DNA from: Desulfatiglandales bacterium
GTDB lineage: Bacteria > Desulfobacterota > DSM-4660 > Desulfatiglandales > HGW-15
Reading direction: 5' to 3'
DNA length: 64,000 bases
Assembly: GCA_963667015.2 (NCBI GenBank)
Contig: CAXXJJ010000004.1
Span: forward strand, 3,136,001 to 3,200,000
Shown: positions 48,890 to 58,725 of the stretch, one piece after another
Numbering within the stretch: the first letter of the stretch is position 1
Layout of the letters: each line of letters starts with the position of its first letter
The notes under the pieces: generated by a model
The model's database searches: none
What the model was told of the DNA's origin: nothing
The model's input: only the letters and a program-made list of their open reading frames with translations
Program-made: the position numbers and the translations under genes

Positions 48890-50165
48890 TAGATTCCTCC
48901 ATACTTCTCAGCTTGAGGTATTCATTTTTACCGAGCATAATATAATGGAAAACAGGGATTCGAGCCACACAGACATAGGAGCAAAGACCGCATTCTATAC
49001 ATGACAGCATGTCATACTCACTGGCAGCTTCTTCATAAAGACCGTTTTCCAGCAATCTTACAAGCATATTTACAGGTATATTTGCCGGACATGCGCGCAC
49101 GCACTCACCGCAATTGATACATGGGTTGTCCTGGCATGATGTAATTTGTTCTGAAGCCTGAACAAGAATTGCATCCGTATCCCATAATACCGGGGAATTA
49201 ATCGAATAAATACTCTTGCCCCTTAACGGTCCACCGATAACGATCCTGTCTCCATGGGCAGTATCTATATTAAGGTAACTCAGAACATCCTTCACAGGTG
49301 TTCCGATCCTAACCTTTAGATTTTTTACAGCACCTGTTTTATCTATTACAGTAATCACCTTATTAACCGGGGCTTCGCCTTTCTTGAATGCTCTGCTTAA
49401 TGCGGCAACAGCCTCTACCTTGATAAAACCGACACCGGTATCTTCACTCTTTTTGCCTGCCGGTACAACCCGTTTTAATTTTTCCTTCATTACCATTTCC
49501 GGCAATGAATCCGGATAGACAGGCTTGACCTCAATGACTTTTGCATCCGAGTCTTTAACCTTGGATACAGAACCTGGAAAAGCGGTAATATAAACTTTTT
49601 TTACCTTAAGCAGTTCCTTTAATATATTTATGCCTTCAAGAACATCATTTGTCTGCTCTTCAATAACAGCCTGACTGGTCGATACGAGCAGGTCATCATC
49701 AGCACCTTCAATAACGATGGTATCAAAGGGATATTTTCTTTTTATAAATGATTTAAAATCAGGACAACCGGGGAGTGCAGCAAGAAAATTGACGGCATTC
49801 TCAATAGATGCGGATCCGCTTACAGATTTAATCTCCTCATCTTCCTGATCTTCGGGATCGGTTTTAATGGAGATGGCGGTATATTTTAAACCAAAATAGC
49901 CGATATACTCATCAAGGGCAGATACCGATCCGGTAACCGAGGATAAAAAGTACGAGTCTTCGTTATCAATAACCACTTTCTGACCTGTCTTGACACTGTC
50001 TCCAACTTTTAAGAATTCTCCAATAGCCGGTGAATAGGGCTTATTTAAATAAACCGTCACCACTTCCGGTAATGGGACACCTTTTTCAAAGCCCGGATTT
50101 AGATCCTGGATCATCGGGCATTCCAGTTTGGGAGTCCCAATACTGAAAAACGGTTTTTTAATCAT
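48882..50165 (-). CDS. rnfC: Rnf complex subunit C (divergent)
   Basis: KVGDSVKTGQ..SSVTGSV, VRIGTPV, GGPLRG, CINCGECVRACP, CIECGLCSYVC. Confidence 0.88.
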   Translation of the reverse strand: MIKKPFFSIGTPKLECPMIQDLNPGFEKGVPLPEVVTVYLNKPYSPAIGEFLKVGDSVKTGQKVVIDNEDSYFLSSVTGSVSALDEYIGYFGLKYTAISIKTDPEDQEDEEIKSVSGSASIENAVNFLAALPGCPDFKSFIKRKYPFDTIVIEGADDDLLVSTSQAVIEEQTNDVLEGINILKELLKVKKVYITAFPGSVSKVKDSDAKVIEVKPVYPDSLPEMVMKEKLKRVVPAGKKSEDTGVGFIKVEAVAALSRAFKKGEAPVNKVITVIDKTGAVKNLKVRIGTPVKDVLSYLNIDTAHGDRIVIGGPLRGKSIYSINSPVLWDTDAILVQASEQITSCQDNPCINCGECVRACPANIPVNMLVRLLENGLYEEAASEYDMLSCIECGLCSYVCVARIPVFHYIMLGKNEYLKLRSMEESNA

Positions 50166-50227
50166 AATTGCCTCCTGCCGTGTAAAAAGAACTTGTTATA
50201 TCTGAACTTTCGGAGCACCTGAAAAAA

Positions 50228-50698
50228 TTAAATAGCATTAGCATGACAGCCCGCACATTCCTCGGAACCGAAACCGGGACCATGACCGGCGTCATCATGA
50301 CAACCTATGCATCGAGTATGAAAGGCATCCGATCGTTTGGGCTGTATTGAATCATCGTCTTCGGCTTTTACAGCTTCATGACACTCACTGCAGACAATAG
50401 GTTTTTCACCTGTAGAATTATCTTTTCGAATATATAAAAACTTTCCGTCTTCTGCCTTAACATATTGATGATGGCAGTCTATACAGTCAAGACCATAATT
50501 TTCCTTTGTTTTATGATCTTTATGCTCTTTGTGGGTAAATAATACCTTTCCTCCCGCTGCCCCTGGGCCAGCATTAAGCATTATCCTGACTGGCTCCTCA
50601 GGCGTCTTATCAGGAAACGCAGCATAACAAACTACCCCAACAATAAAAAGTGCCGCAACAGCGCAATAAGCGATGAATTTTTCTTTATTTAGATCCAT
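50228..50698 (-). CDS. Tetraheme cytochrome c3 family protein
   Basis: N-terminal TM/signal; VLFTH..H; CIDCH, CSECH, CIGCH, CAGCH. Confidence 0.92.
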   Translation of the reverse strand: MDLNKEKFIAYCAVAALFIVGVVCYAAFPDKTPEEPVRIMLNAGPGAAGGKVLFTHKEHKDHKTKENYGLDCIDCHHQYVKAEDGKFLYIRKDNSTGEKPIVCSECHEAVKAEDDDSIQPKRSDAFHTRCIGCHDDAGHGPGFGSEECAGCHANAI

Positions 50699-51087
50699 TG
50701 TGTTTCCTTTAGTGTTTCAAAATAAATTTATCCGTTCCCTGACATTTAATACAAAAATCTTCCCTAAAAAAAAGCCCATTAGGGAAAATATAAATTATAT
50801 TTTCAATATGTTGGACTGAATGAAAAAGTTTTCCCAATAATATAGCACGTATCGATTTTTATAAAAAAGGCCGTTTGTTTGTCAAGTAATATATAGTTTA
50901 TCTTGAATATACTTAATCACATTTATTATTTTATCCGACCCGCGTTTTTTCCAGGCAGGAAATTTGGTAATCACAGGATCAAAAGGAGTAGTTCTATTTT
51001 TTGATAAACGTTTACAGTTTATCTCAAAAACTGGACATTTTATTTAAAACATTGTTATATGATGAAAAACTCCCGGCAGGTCTTAGT

Positions 51088-51825
51088 ATGCAAGAAAAAG
51101 AAATCGCCTTTGAAAGACTTGAAACAATACTTATTGATGCTGGCAACACTCTGATATCAATGAATTTATCGTGGTTTTGCGATGAATTGAGACGCTTCGA
51201 TATTGATTGCACCGAAGATGAACTGCACCGGGCAGAGGCCTCCGCTAGACCGATTGTATCGGCGGAGGTTTCAAGGCTGAAATCTACCGAAAACAAAGAC
51301 ACATCGATCCTTTATATAAAAAGTATCCTGGATAACCTGCAGGCTGCCGATTCAGCCTCCGATTCTAAAAAAACCAAAATAGTGGAATATATGCTCGAAA
51401 CAGTTTCAGAAAGCGGTCAGAGCCAGAAATTGTGGAACAATATTCTTCCCGGAGTGCCTGAAGCCCTTGAAACACTTAAAAAAAATAATTTTCAGCTTGC
51501 AGTGGTAAGCAACTCCAACGGTTCAGTCGAAAATATCCTTAACAGCCTTAACCTGGGACACTATTTTGATCATATTTTTGATTCTCATATTGTGGGCATT
51601 GAAAAACCTGATCCCGGGTTTTTCAGGTATGCCCTTGATATGTTGAATGCTGAACCTGAGACAACTCTTCATATAGGAGACATGTATCATGTAGATGTTC
51701 TCGGTGCATGGAGGGCAGGTATAGGTGCTGTGCTTCTTGATCCCTTTGATGACTGGCGGGATTATGACTGCATTCGCTTTCCGGACCTTATATCGGTCAC
51801 CAGAAAAATAACGGGTATTAATTAA
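51088..51825 (+). CDS. HAD superfamily hydrolase
   Basis: IDAGNTL, VVSNS, EKPDP, HIGD...DVLGA; start may be 51001. Confidence 0.9.
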   Translation: MQEKEIAFERLETILIDAGNTLISMNLSWFCDELRRFDIDCTEDELHRAEASARPIVSAEVSRLKSTENKDTSILYIKSILDNLQAADSASDSKKTKIVEYMLETVSESGQSQKLWNNILPGVPEALETLKKNNFQLAVVSNSNGSVENILNSLNLGHYFDHIFDSHIVGIEKPDPGFFRYALDMLNAEPETTLHIGDMYHVDVLGAWRAGIGAVLLDPFDDWRDYDCIRFPDLISVTRKITGIN

Positions 51826-51854
51826 AATTTTAAAAATTCAGGAAAGGGGAAATA

Positions 51855-52274
51855 ATGGGTACAATCTCTGATATCAAGGAAGTCTCGGATCTGCTTAATA
51901 GCTGGACTACCGATAATAACGGTATTAAAGGCGCTTTTACTGAGATAGTCAGTCTTCTGGAATCCCTTGAAGGCCTTGCTTATTCCTTTAAATCCCGCCC
52001 GGGAATAAGTCATTCTCTGCGGGCAAATGTTGATGACAATGGCGAAGAAAAAATACTGACTATGCTGGATGTAATTGATGATGATCCGGAAAATCGATGG
52101 ATTTCCATATGTTTTTATGCCGAGACAATAACTGATCCCGATGAAGAAGGGGATCTTATCCCCGGAGGCCTGCTTGGAGAGGACGGTTACTGCTTTGATC
52201 TTTTTGAGAATGATAAAGATTCTGTCTCCTATTTAAAAGACAGAATCACCGAGGCCCATGGAAAATATTTTTAA
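51855..52274 (+). CDS. Conserved acidic hypothetical protein
   Basis: RPGISHSLR, DVIDDDPENRW.S.CFY..ITDP.E.GD..PGGLLGEDGYCFD. Confidence 0.8.
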   Translation: MGTISDIKEVSDLLNSWTTDNNGIKGAFTEIVSLLESLEGLAYSFKSRPGISHSLRANVDDNGEEKILTMLDVIDDDPENRWISICFYAETITDPDEEGDLIPGGLLGEDGYCFDLFENDKDSVSYLKDRITEAHGKYF

Positions 52275-52578
52275 ACATATTCCACCAGACCTGCCTGATG
52301 AACTGATGGAGAAGATTGCAGGGGATGCGGAGAAGGGAATAAAGATCGAAAGAATCGTATCACGCGGACATGCATCCCCTCCCGGTTTCTGGTATGACCA
52401 GGAAAAAAATGAGTTTGTCATCGTCCTGAAGGGAAAGGCAGGCCTCATCTTTAAGGACAGGAATAAGATATTTGAACTTTCACCGGGTGATTACCTTGAA
52501 ATCCCTGCGCATACCCTCCACAGGGTGGAATGGACGTCAGACGAAGAAGACACCGTCTGGCTTGCAGTTCATTACTGA
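52258..52578 (+). CDS. Small cupin domain protein
   Basis: IERIVS.GH.SP.GFWYDQ...E.V.VL.G; IPAH..HRVEWT. Confidence 0.9.
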   Translation: MENIFKHIPPDLPDELMEKIAGDAEKGIKIERIVSRGHASPPGFWYDQEKNEFVIVLKGKAGLIFKDRNKIFELSPGDYLEIPAHTLHRVEWTSDEEDTVWLAVHY

Positions 52579-53996
52579 TTTTCTTTGTCTCTCTTTTTTT
52601 GATGACCGAAAAGGCCGGTGGACAGGCTGAAGGTAGCACCGGCAACAGGCTTTATGTGACTGATCCTGAAGATCAATTCACCATGCCCGATGGGCTCTAC
52701 ATCCCTGACTTCTCTGAATTTTCTTAAGAATGAATAAGCTGCTATAAACCTTATTATTCCGGAAATTAAAAAAACTATAAGCAGCATTGATACAGGATGC
52801 CAGATAAAAGGCCCTATTGTGATTGATTCCGGCAGGTGACCCGCAGTGACACCGCCCAGGACCGAGCCGGTAAGAACCGCAATTCCATTCATGAGTCCCT
52901 GATAGGCCACACGTCTTGCCCTTTTGGGGGGAGTTACTGCATCAAATAAAAAATTGGCAATGGCCAGATTGAAACCAGACCAGATGATCCCGCCATAAAT
53001 CTGGATGAGAATAAGATAATAAATATTCGTTGAACCAAGCCAGAGAACCGGGACTATCACCATACCCCATCCGCACAGATTAAGAATTTTCTTATTCCCG
53101 AACCTGTCGCTTATCCCGCCCCAGTATCTGAAAAATATAAATTGTGTAATATTGCTGGTCGCTATCACAAGAGTGAAGGACATATAATTATATTTCAGAT
53201 CCCGCAGCATATATAAAGAGAAATAGGGACTTGAAAAGGATACACCCAGATTGATCATGGCAACAAAAAATACAAATTTTGCAAAATTTGAATGGGGAGA
53301 TCTTTTAAGAAACTGGCGGAAAGTAAATACCTGATCCGATGTGACCTTTAGAGGAGGATCTTCATACGCTGAGAGCCATCGCACTGAATAAAGCCTTGCA
53401 ATACAGGCACATATAAAAATAATAAGATACCCTGTTTCCGGATGAAGCTGTTTCTCAAAAACGTGTAGAATCAGACCTGAAAGGGTAAGTGCAATAAAGG
53501 TATTCAGTCCTGTTAAAGTATTCCTTCGTCCAAAAAATCTCCCCCGCAGATTGGGGTGTATTAGATCACCAATAAGGCTGTTCCATGCAGGAACACCGGC
53601 CCCGTTTGAACCATGGTAAATAATTACAAATAATAGAAGAAGAATTATCGATTTACTTCTGTTAAGAGACAGGAAAGTAAGAAACGCGATAGGTAAAAAT
53701 GTTAATGCCTGTATCAACGCACCAGTTACCACTACCCTTCGCCGGCTTTTTATCCTGTCCAGGTTGATTGCGCCTGCCCACTGCATAACTGATCCCAAAA
53801 ACTGGGGAAGAGTCGATATAAGGCCTACCTGAATGGTCGAGGCTTTCAGAAAGATAGCGAACACATTTAAATATGTTTCTCCGCACCCCATCATTACCGC
53901 ATGGGACATCCCGTCTTTTATTGATGCCCTGATGGAAGGGGTATCTTTCAGACACTCTTCATCTTGTTTTATTTGAATATCAGCACCCAATTCCAC
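52572..53996 (-). CDS. MFS transporter
   Basis: About 12 TM helices, W.SLIGDL....RGRFFG.R, WG.ISDRFGNK. Confidence 0.9.
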   Translation of the reverse strand: MELGADIQIKQDEECLKDTPSIRASIKDGMSHAVMMGCGETYLNVFAIFLKASTIQVGLISTLPQFLGSVMQWAGAINLDRIKSRRRVVVTGALIQALTFLPIAFLTFLSLNRSKSIILLLLFVIIYHGSNGAGVPAWNSLIGDLIHPNLRGRFFGRRNTLTGLNTFIALTLSGLILHVFEKQLHPETGYLIIFICACIARLYSVRWLSAYEDPPLKVTSDQVFTFRQFLKRSPHSNFAKFVFFVAMINLGVSFSSPYFSLYMLRDLKYNYMSFTLVIATSNITQFIFFRYWGGISDRFGNKKILNLCGWGMVIVPVLWLGSTNIYYLILIQIYGGIIWSGFNLAIANFLFDAVTPPKRARRVAYQGLMNGIAVLTGSVLGGVTAGHLPESITIGPFIWHPVSMLLIVFLISGIIRFIAAYSFLRKFREVRDVEPIGHGELIFRISHIKPVAGATFSLSTGLFGHQKKRDKENQ

Positions 53997-54127
53997 AAAA
54001 CCGGAGAATATTTAAATTATTATCAAAACCCTGGCTTGACCTGAAAAAATTCATCCTATAGTATGATGTTCCTTATATATTATCACACTAATTCAGGCAA
54101 AATAAAATGAATTGTTAGGGGCATAAA

Positions 54128-55060
54128 ATGGGAACAAATATCGATCGGAATGAAGAACTAAAGAAAAAAATAAGAGGGCTTTTAAAGGAAAATAATGCAA
54201 TCCTTCTTGCCCATAATTATCAGCGACCGGAAGTGCAGGATGTTGCAGACCTGTGCGGCGACTCTCTTGAGCTTTCCATAAAGGCATCAAAAACCGATGC
54301 GGGTGTGATCGTATTCTGCGGTGTGCATTTCATGGCCGAAACGGCATCTGTTTTATCCCCTGAAAAAACAGTCCTGCTGCCGGTCGCTACCGCAGGTTGT
54401 CCCATGGCAGACATGATTACGGCTGAACAACTGATAAAGGAGAAGAACCAATACCCTGACAGGATTGTGGTAAGTTATGTAAACACCACCGCAGATGTGA
54501 AGGCGGAAACCGATATCTGCTGTACATCGGCGAATGTTGTGAAGGTGGCTGAGAGCATTGATCCGGATAAAGAGATTTTTATGACACCGGACCGGAATCT
54601 TGCCCAGTATACAATAAAAATGACCAACAGAAAAATTACATACTGGGACGGTTACTGCCCTGTTCATAACGGACTAAATGCAAAACAGGTAAAAAAGGTT
54701 AAATCTGAAAATCCTGATGCCCTGTTCCTGGCACATCCAGAATGCCCGCCTGAAATTCTTGAACTTGCAGATGAGATAAAAAGCACGTCAGGCATGATAA
54801 AGTTTGCAGGGGAATCCCAGGCAAAGAAATTCATAATAGGTACCGAAACAGGGATTCTGTACCCCATTTCCAGGGCAAATCCTGACAAATTATTTATCCC
54901 GGCTAACCCGAATATGGTCTGCGCTGATATGAAAAAGACAGGACTGGAGGATATTATAACAGCCCTTGAAGAGATGAAAACCGTTGTAAAGGTGCCTGAG
55001 AATATCGCCATAAAGGCAAAAAAGGCGGTTGAAAGGATGCTGAAAGTCCCGGCAGGTTAG
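54128..55060 (+). CDS. nadA: Quinolinate synthase
   Basis: LAHNYQ, GDSL.L, FCGVHFMAE, AGCPMA, YVNT, CPVH, AHPEC, GTE. Confidence 0.97.
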   Translation: MGTNIDRNEELKKKIRGLLKENNAILLAHNYQRPEVQDVADLCGDSLELSIKASKTDAGVIVFCGVHFMAETASVLSPEKTVLLPVATAGCPMADMITAEQLIKEKNQYPDRIVVSYVNTTADVKAETDICCTSANVVKVAESIDPDKEIFMTPDRNLAQYTIKMTNRKITYWDGYCPVHNGLNAKQVKKVKSENPDALFLAHPECPPEILELADEIKSTSGMIKFAGESQAKKFIIGTETGILYPISRANPDKLFIPANPNMVCADMKKTGLEDIITALEEMKTVVKVPENIAIKAKKAVERMLKVPAG

Positions 55061-56313
55061 ATCATATATTCCATTACCTCCGCCGGCGGGCGACGCTGGC
55101 GGAGCAGACGGGCCATGGTTTTCATGGGCCGGTCAATATGATTAAAAAATATTTTATATGCCTCGCACAGATAATTCAGCCCGGGTTCTCCATCAGGTGT
55201 ATTTATAAAGCGGTTTTTAGGACAGCCTCCATAGCATGCAAATTTAACATTACATTTGAGACAATATTCAGGAAGTGTCTTGCTCTTTGCTTCACCAAAC
55301 TCCCTCTGTTTTTCTGACAGCGCCAGTTCTGCCATATCTTTTTTATGGATATTCCCGAGCAGATAATCAGATTCCACAAAATGATCGCAGCTGAACAGGT
55401 CGCCATTATGTTCCAGGGCCATTGCATTGCCGCAGGTCGGTGAAAAAATACAGAGCCCTCCAGGCTGACCGAACCATGCCCCTAAGGCAACATCAAATAT
55501 CTGAACATAGGTCTTTCCGACATCATGCCGTACCCAGTCATCAAAGATTGTGATGAGAAAACTCCCATATTCGAATGCGGATAAAGATCGTTCGGTAACA
55601 TTGTTCCCGGACTGTGTGTATAAAATCCTTTTTTTATTGTTGGAACCCTTCCACCCGGAATTGGCTATGGGGAGCAACTCGGATGTTGCACGTTCAACAA
55701 TTGGTATAAACTGTATATACCGGGCATTTAATTGATCTCTGAAAAACCGGTACACATCCAGTGGTTTATCCTGGTTGGCCGCGTTAACAGAGCAAAGGAT
55801 ATTGTACTGCACGCCGGCATCCTCTAAGAGCTGCCATCCCTTCATAACCTGAGCAAAACTTCCCTTTCCTGCCCTGTTTACCCTGTAGACATCATGAAGC
55901 TCTTCCGGACCATCTATACTTAGCCCAATCAAGAAGCCGTATTTTTTAAACAGCCTGCACCACTCTTCATTCAGTAATGTCCCATTTGTTTGAAGGGTAT
56001 TTAATATACGTGTACCAGGCCTTGCGTATTTCTGCTGGAAATGTATCGCCTGTTTAAAAAAATCCAGGCCCATCAGGGTGGGTTCGCCTCCCTGCCATGA
56101 GAAGGTGATCTCCGGATAGTGCTGGGATTCAATATACTGCTTTATATATATCTCCAGCAGTTTCTCATCCATACGAAATTTACTGCCGGGGTACATCCTT
56201 TCCTTGGACAGGAAATAACAGTATTCACAGTCAAGGTTGCATCTTGATCCGCCCGGCTTGGCCATTATGTGGAAAGGTTGAGATGGCGTGTTCACTATTT
56301 TTTCTTTTTTCAT
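55057..56313 (-). CDS. Anaerobic sulfatase maturase (radical SAM/SPASM)
   Basis: CNLDCEYC, WQGGEPTL, QTNG, SIDGP, SCDHFV, C-terminal CLKC....C.GGCPK. Confidence 0.95.
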   Translation of the reverse strand: MKKEKIVNTPSQPFHIMAKPGGSRCNLDCEYCYFLSKERMYPGSKFRMDEKLLEIYIKQYIESQHYPEITFSWQGGEPTLMGLDFFKQAIHFQQKYARPGTRILNTLQTNGTLLNEEWCRLFKKYGFLIGLSIDGPEELHDVYRVNRAGKGSFAQVMKGWQLLEDAGVQYNILCSVNAANQDKPLDVYRFFRDQLNARYIQFIPIVERATSELLPIANSGWKGSNNKKRILYTQSGNNVTERSLSAFEYGSFLITIFDDWVRHDVGKTYVQIFDVALGAWFGQPGGLCIFSPTCGNAMALEHNGDLFSCDHFVESDYLLGNIHKKDMAELALSEKQREFGEAKSKTLPEYCLKCNVKFACYGGCPKNRFINTPDGEPGLNYLCEAYKIFFNHIDRPMKTMARLLRQRRPPAEVMEYMI

Positions 56314-56323
56314 TTCACAGAAT

Positions 56324-58594
56324 TTATTCCAGTCTGGCCTCTTTTTCAAGTTCAAGGGTTTTATCCATATCATTAAGCGGCTGAGTTATAAGCTTTACCC
56401 TGTCGATCCTGTTTGTATACTCATAATGAAGCTTTTCTCTCATATCACCCGTGATTGAAACATATGGGAATTTTCCGACACGTACAGTTGCGGAGTTGAT
56501 GCCATGTTCCCCAAAAACAAATTCACCGCATGGCCTTTTGTTGATCATGATCCGCCCCTTTGACGGTTCAGACTTTCCAGCGACGTACTCAAAGGCAAGT
56601 TCAATATCCCCTTCAGGCAGTTCAATGTCGGATTGGGTGCCAGTATGTTCAAAGCCCAGCCAGTTATTATGGACCTTAAGTCGATTGTCCTGAATATACA
56701 GGGCAAAGCCGCCCTGGTTGTCCCCGCCAGACACAAGCACACCCTCATCCCCCTTTTTATAGCCTGCATGCACCTCAAGCTTAAAGGGTTTGAATGGCAG
56801 GCGGACACCCGTTCCACCGGCGTACTCCGGAAAGATAACCCTCTCCGGTCTTGGCTTTTCCGGGGGAAATTTCAGTATGGCCTTGGAATGGAACCCTTCC
56901 TGCTTTTTCATATGGCTTTCCAGCATTGGAAGTACTTTGTATTTCTCTGCCTCACGCCACCAGAGATCAACCATCTCCCTGAGTTTTTCTGGATTTTTTT
57001 CAGCCAGGTTATCGGCCTCGCAAAAATCACTGTCCGTATGATAGAGCTCCCATTCATCAAGAGAAAAATCAAAGGTCGGATTTGCCACATGATCACATAC
57101 GGCCTTCCAGCCGTCAGCCCATATGCCCCGGTTTCCAAGCATCTCATAGTACTGGACATGCCTCCGGCCTTTTTCATCCGGATTATCAAATGTGTAGGAC
57201 ATGCTGACACCATGCTTGGGTTCCTGCGGAACGCCTTTAATCCTTTCGGGTTCTTCCATACCGCACATATCAAGCACTGTCTTATATATGTCGACCACAT
57301 GGTGATACTGAGATCTTATGCTGCCTTTATCCTTTATGCGATCGGGATAGGATATAATGAGCGGCACCTTGACACCGCCATTATGAGCCCATGTCTTATA
57401 TAGTTTGAGAGGTGTATTGCTCGCGTGTGCCCATCCGATGGGATAATGGGAACAGGCATATTCGGAGCCGATATCCTCAAGTTCATCCTCGGTAACCGGA
57501 CCGGGGAACTGCTCTGTCAAAAAATGATAATATGTATTTTTAAGCCCGTTGGGAGTGCCTTCTGCCGAGGCACCATTATCGGCCATAAGAACGATCATTG
57601 TATTGTCATACTGGCCGATCCTTTTAAGGTATTCCACTACCCGGCCTACCTGGTCATCAGTATGGGTCATAAACCCTGCGTAGACCTCCATGTATCTTGC
57701 AAGAACCTTTTTTACATTTTCCGGATAACTGTCCCAGTATTCTATAAACCTGTCCTTATCTGTCAGGACTGCATGGTCCGGAATCAGTCCAAGTTTTTTC
57801 TGCTTTTCAAAGACCTTCTCTCTGTACCTGTCCCATCCTTCGTCAAAGGCACCTTTATACCTGTCAATGTATTCCTTTGGTGCGTGATGTGGTGAATGCA
57901 TGGCCCCGAATGACAGGTAGCAGAAAAAGGGTTTATCAGGATCATTGGATTTCAGATCTCCAATATATCTGATCGCCCTGTCTGTAATATCCTCACTGAA
58001 ATGATATCCCTCATCAGGTGTTTTCGGCTGTTCGACAAACTCATTGCCGCACACGAGATCAGGGTAGAACTGGCTCGTACAGGCACTGAGAAAACCATAA
58101 AATTTGTTGAACCCGCGGCCCATGGGCCAGTGATCATATGGTCCTGCACCGGTGGCGTCACTGTCATTGATCAGGTGCCATTTACCAAGCATGAAGGTGT
58201 TGTATCCGCTTTCGACAAGGGTTTCACTGATGAAACCATACCTTGGATCTACACGGCCCCGATAACTTGGAAAGCCAAGATCATAATTTGCAAGATACCC
58301 CATGCCGGCAGTATGATGATTGCAGCCGCTCATAAGACTTGCCCGGGTCGGAGAACACATGGCATTTACATGAAAATCACGGTAACGCAGGCCGTCTTCT
58401 GCCAGCCTGTCGATATTGGGGGTATGGATCAGAGATCCGTAGCACCCGATATCCGAATAGCCGGTGTCATCAAGCAGGATGTAGAGAATATTTGGTGAGT
58501 TTTCCGGGGCCTTTTTCTTTTCCGGCCACCAGGGAGTGGAGTCAACATAGTGAGTCTGTATCGCGCCTTTAAAATTCCTGTCAGATTCGATCAT
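56324..58594 (-). CDS. Arylsulfatase (Cys-type)
   Basis: PNILYILLDDTG, CSPTRASL, GKWHL, H.PH, DNGAS; start MIES at 58594. Confidence 0.95.
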   Translation of the reverse strand: MIESDRNFKGAIQTHYVDSTPWWPEKKKAPENSPNILYILLDDTGYSDIGCYGSLIHTPNIDRLAEDGLRYRDFHVNAMCSPTRASLMSGCNHHTAGMGYLANYDLGFPSYRGRVDPRYGFISETLVESGYNTFMLGKWHLINDSDATGAGPYDHWPMGRGFNKFYGFLSACTSQFYPDLVCGNEFVEQPKTPDEGYHFSEDITDRAIRYIGDLKSNDPDKPFFCYLSFGAMHSPHHAPKEYIDRYKGAFDEGWDRYREKVFEKQKKLGLIPDHAVLTDKDRFIEYWDSYPENVKKVLARYMEVYAGFMTHTDDQVGRVVEYLKRIGQYDNTMIVLMADNGASAEGTPNGLKNTYYHFLTEQFPGPVTEDELEDIGSEYACSHYPIGWAHASNTPLKLYKTWAHNGGVKVPLIISYPDRIKDKGSIRSQYHHVVDIYKTVLDMCGMEEPERIKGVPQEPKHGVSMSYTFDNPDEKGRRHVQYYEMLGNRGIWADGWKAVCDHVANPTFDFSLDEWELYHTDSDFCEADNLAEKNPEKLREMVDLWWREAEKYKVLPMLESHMKKQEGFHSKAILKFPPEKPRPERVIFPEYAGGTGVRLPFKPFKLEVHAGYKKGDEGVLVSGGDNQGGFALYIQDNRLKVHNNWLGFEHTGTQSDIELPEGDIELAFEYVAGKSEPSKGRIMINKRPCGEFVFGEHGINSATVRVGKFPYVSITGDMREKLHYEYTNRIDRVKLITQPLNDMDKTLELEKEARLE

Positions 58595-58725
58595 AGATTT
58601 CCCCTTTGTTTTCGGGGCCTCCTCCCCCAAGGGACACCCAAAAAAATTATTTATCAAAAAATGACTGACTATACAAACTAAAATAGTGCCCATCCATAAA
58701 CTGTATTTGAGGCACTAATTGGAAA

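Noticed and set aside
50820..50837. Rex-like operator upstream of the cytochrome-rnf operon
   Set aside because: Only 10 of 14 consensus positions match, in very AT-rich DNA
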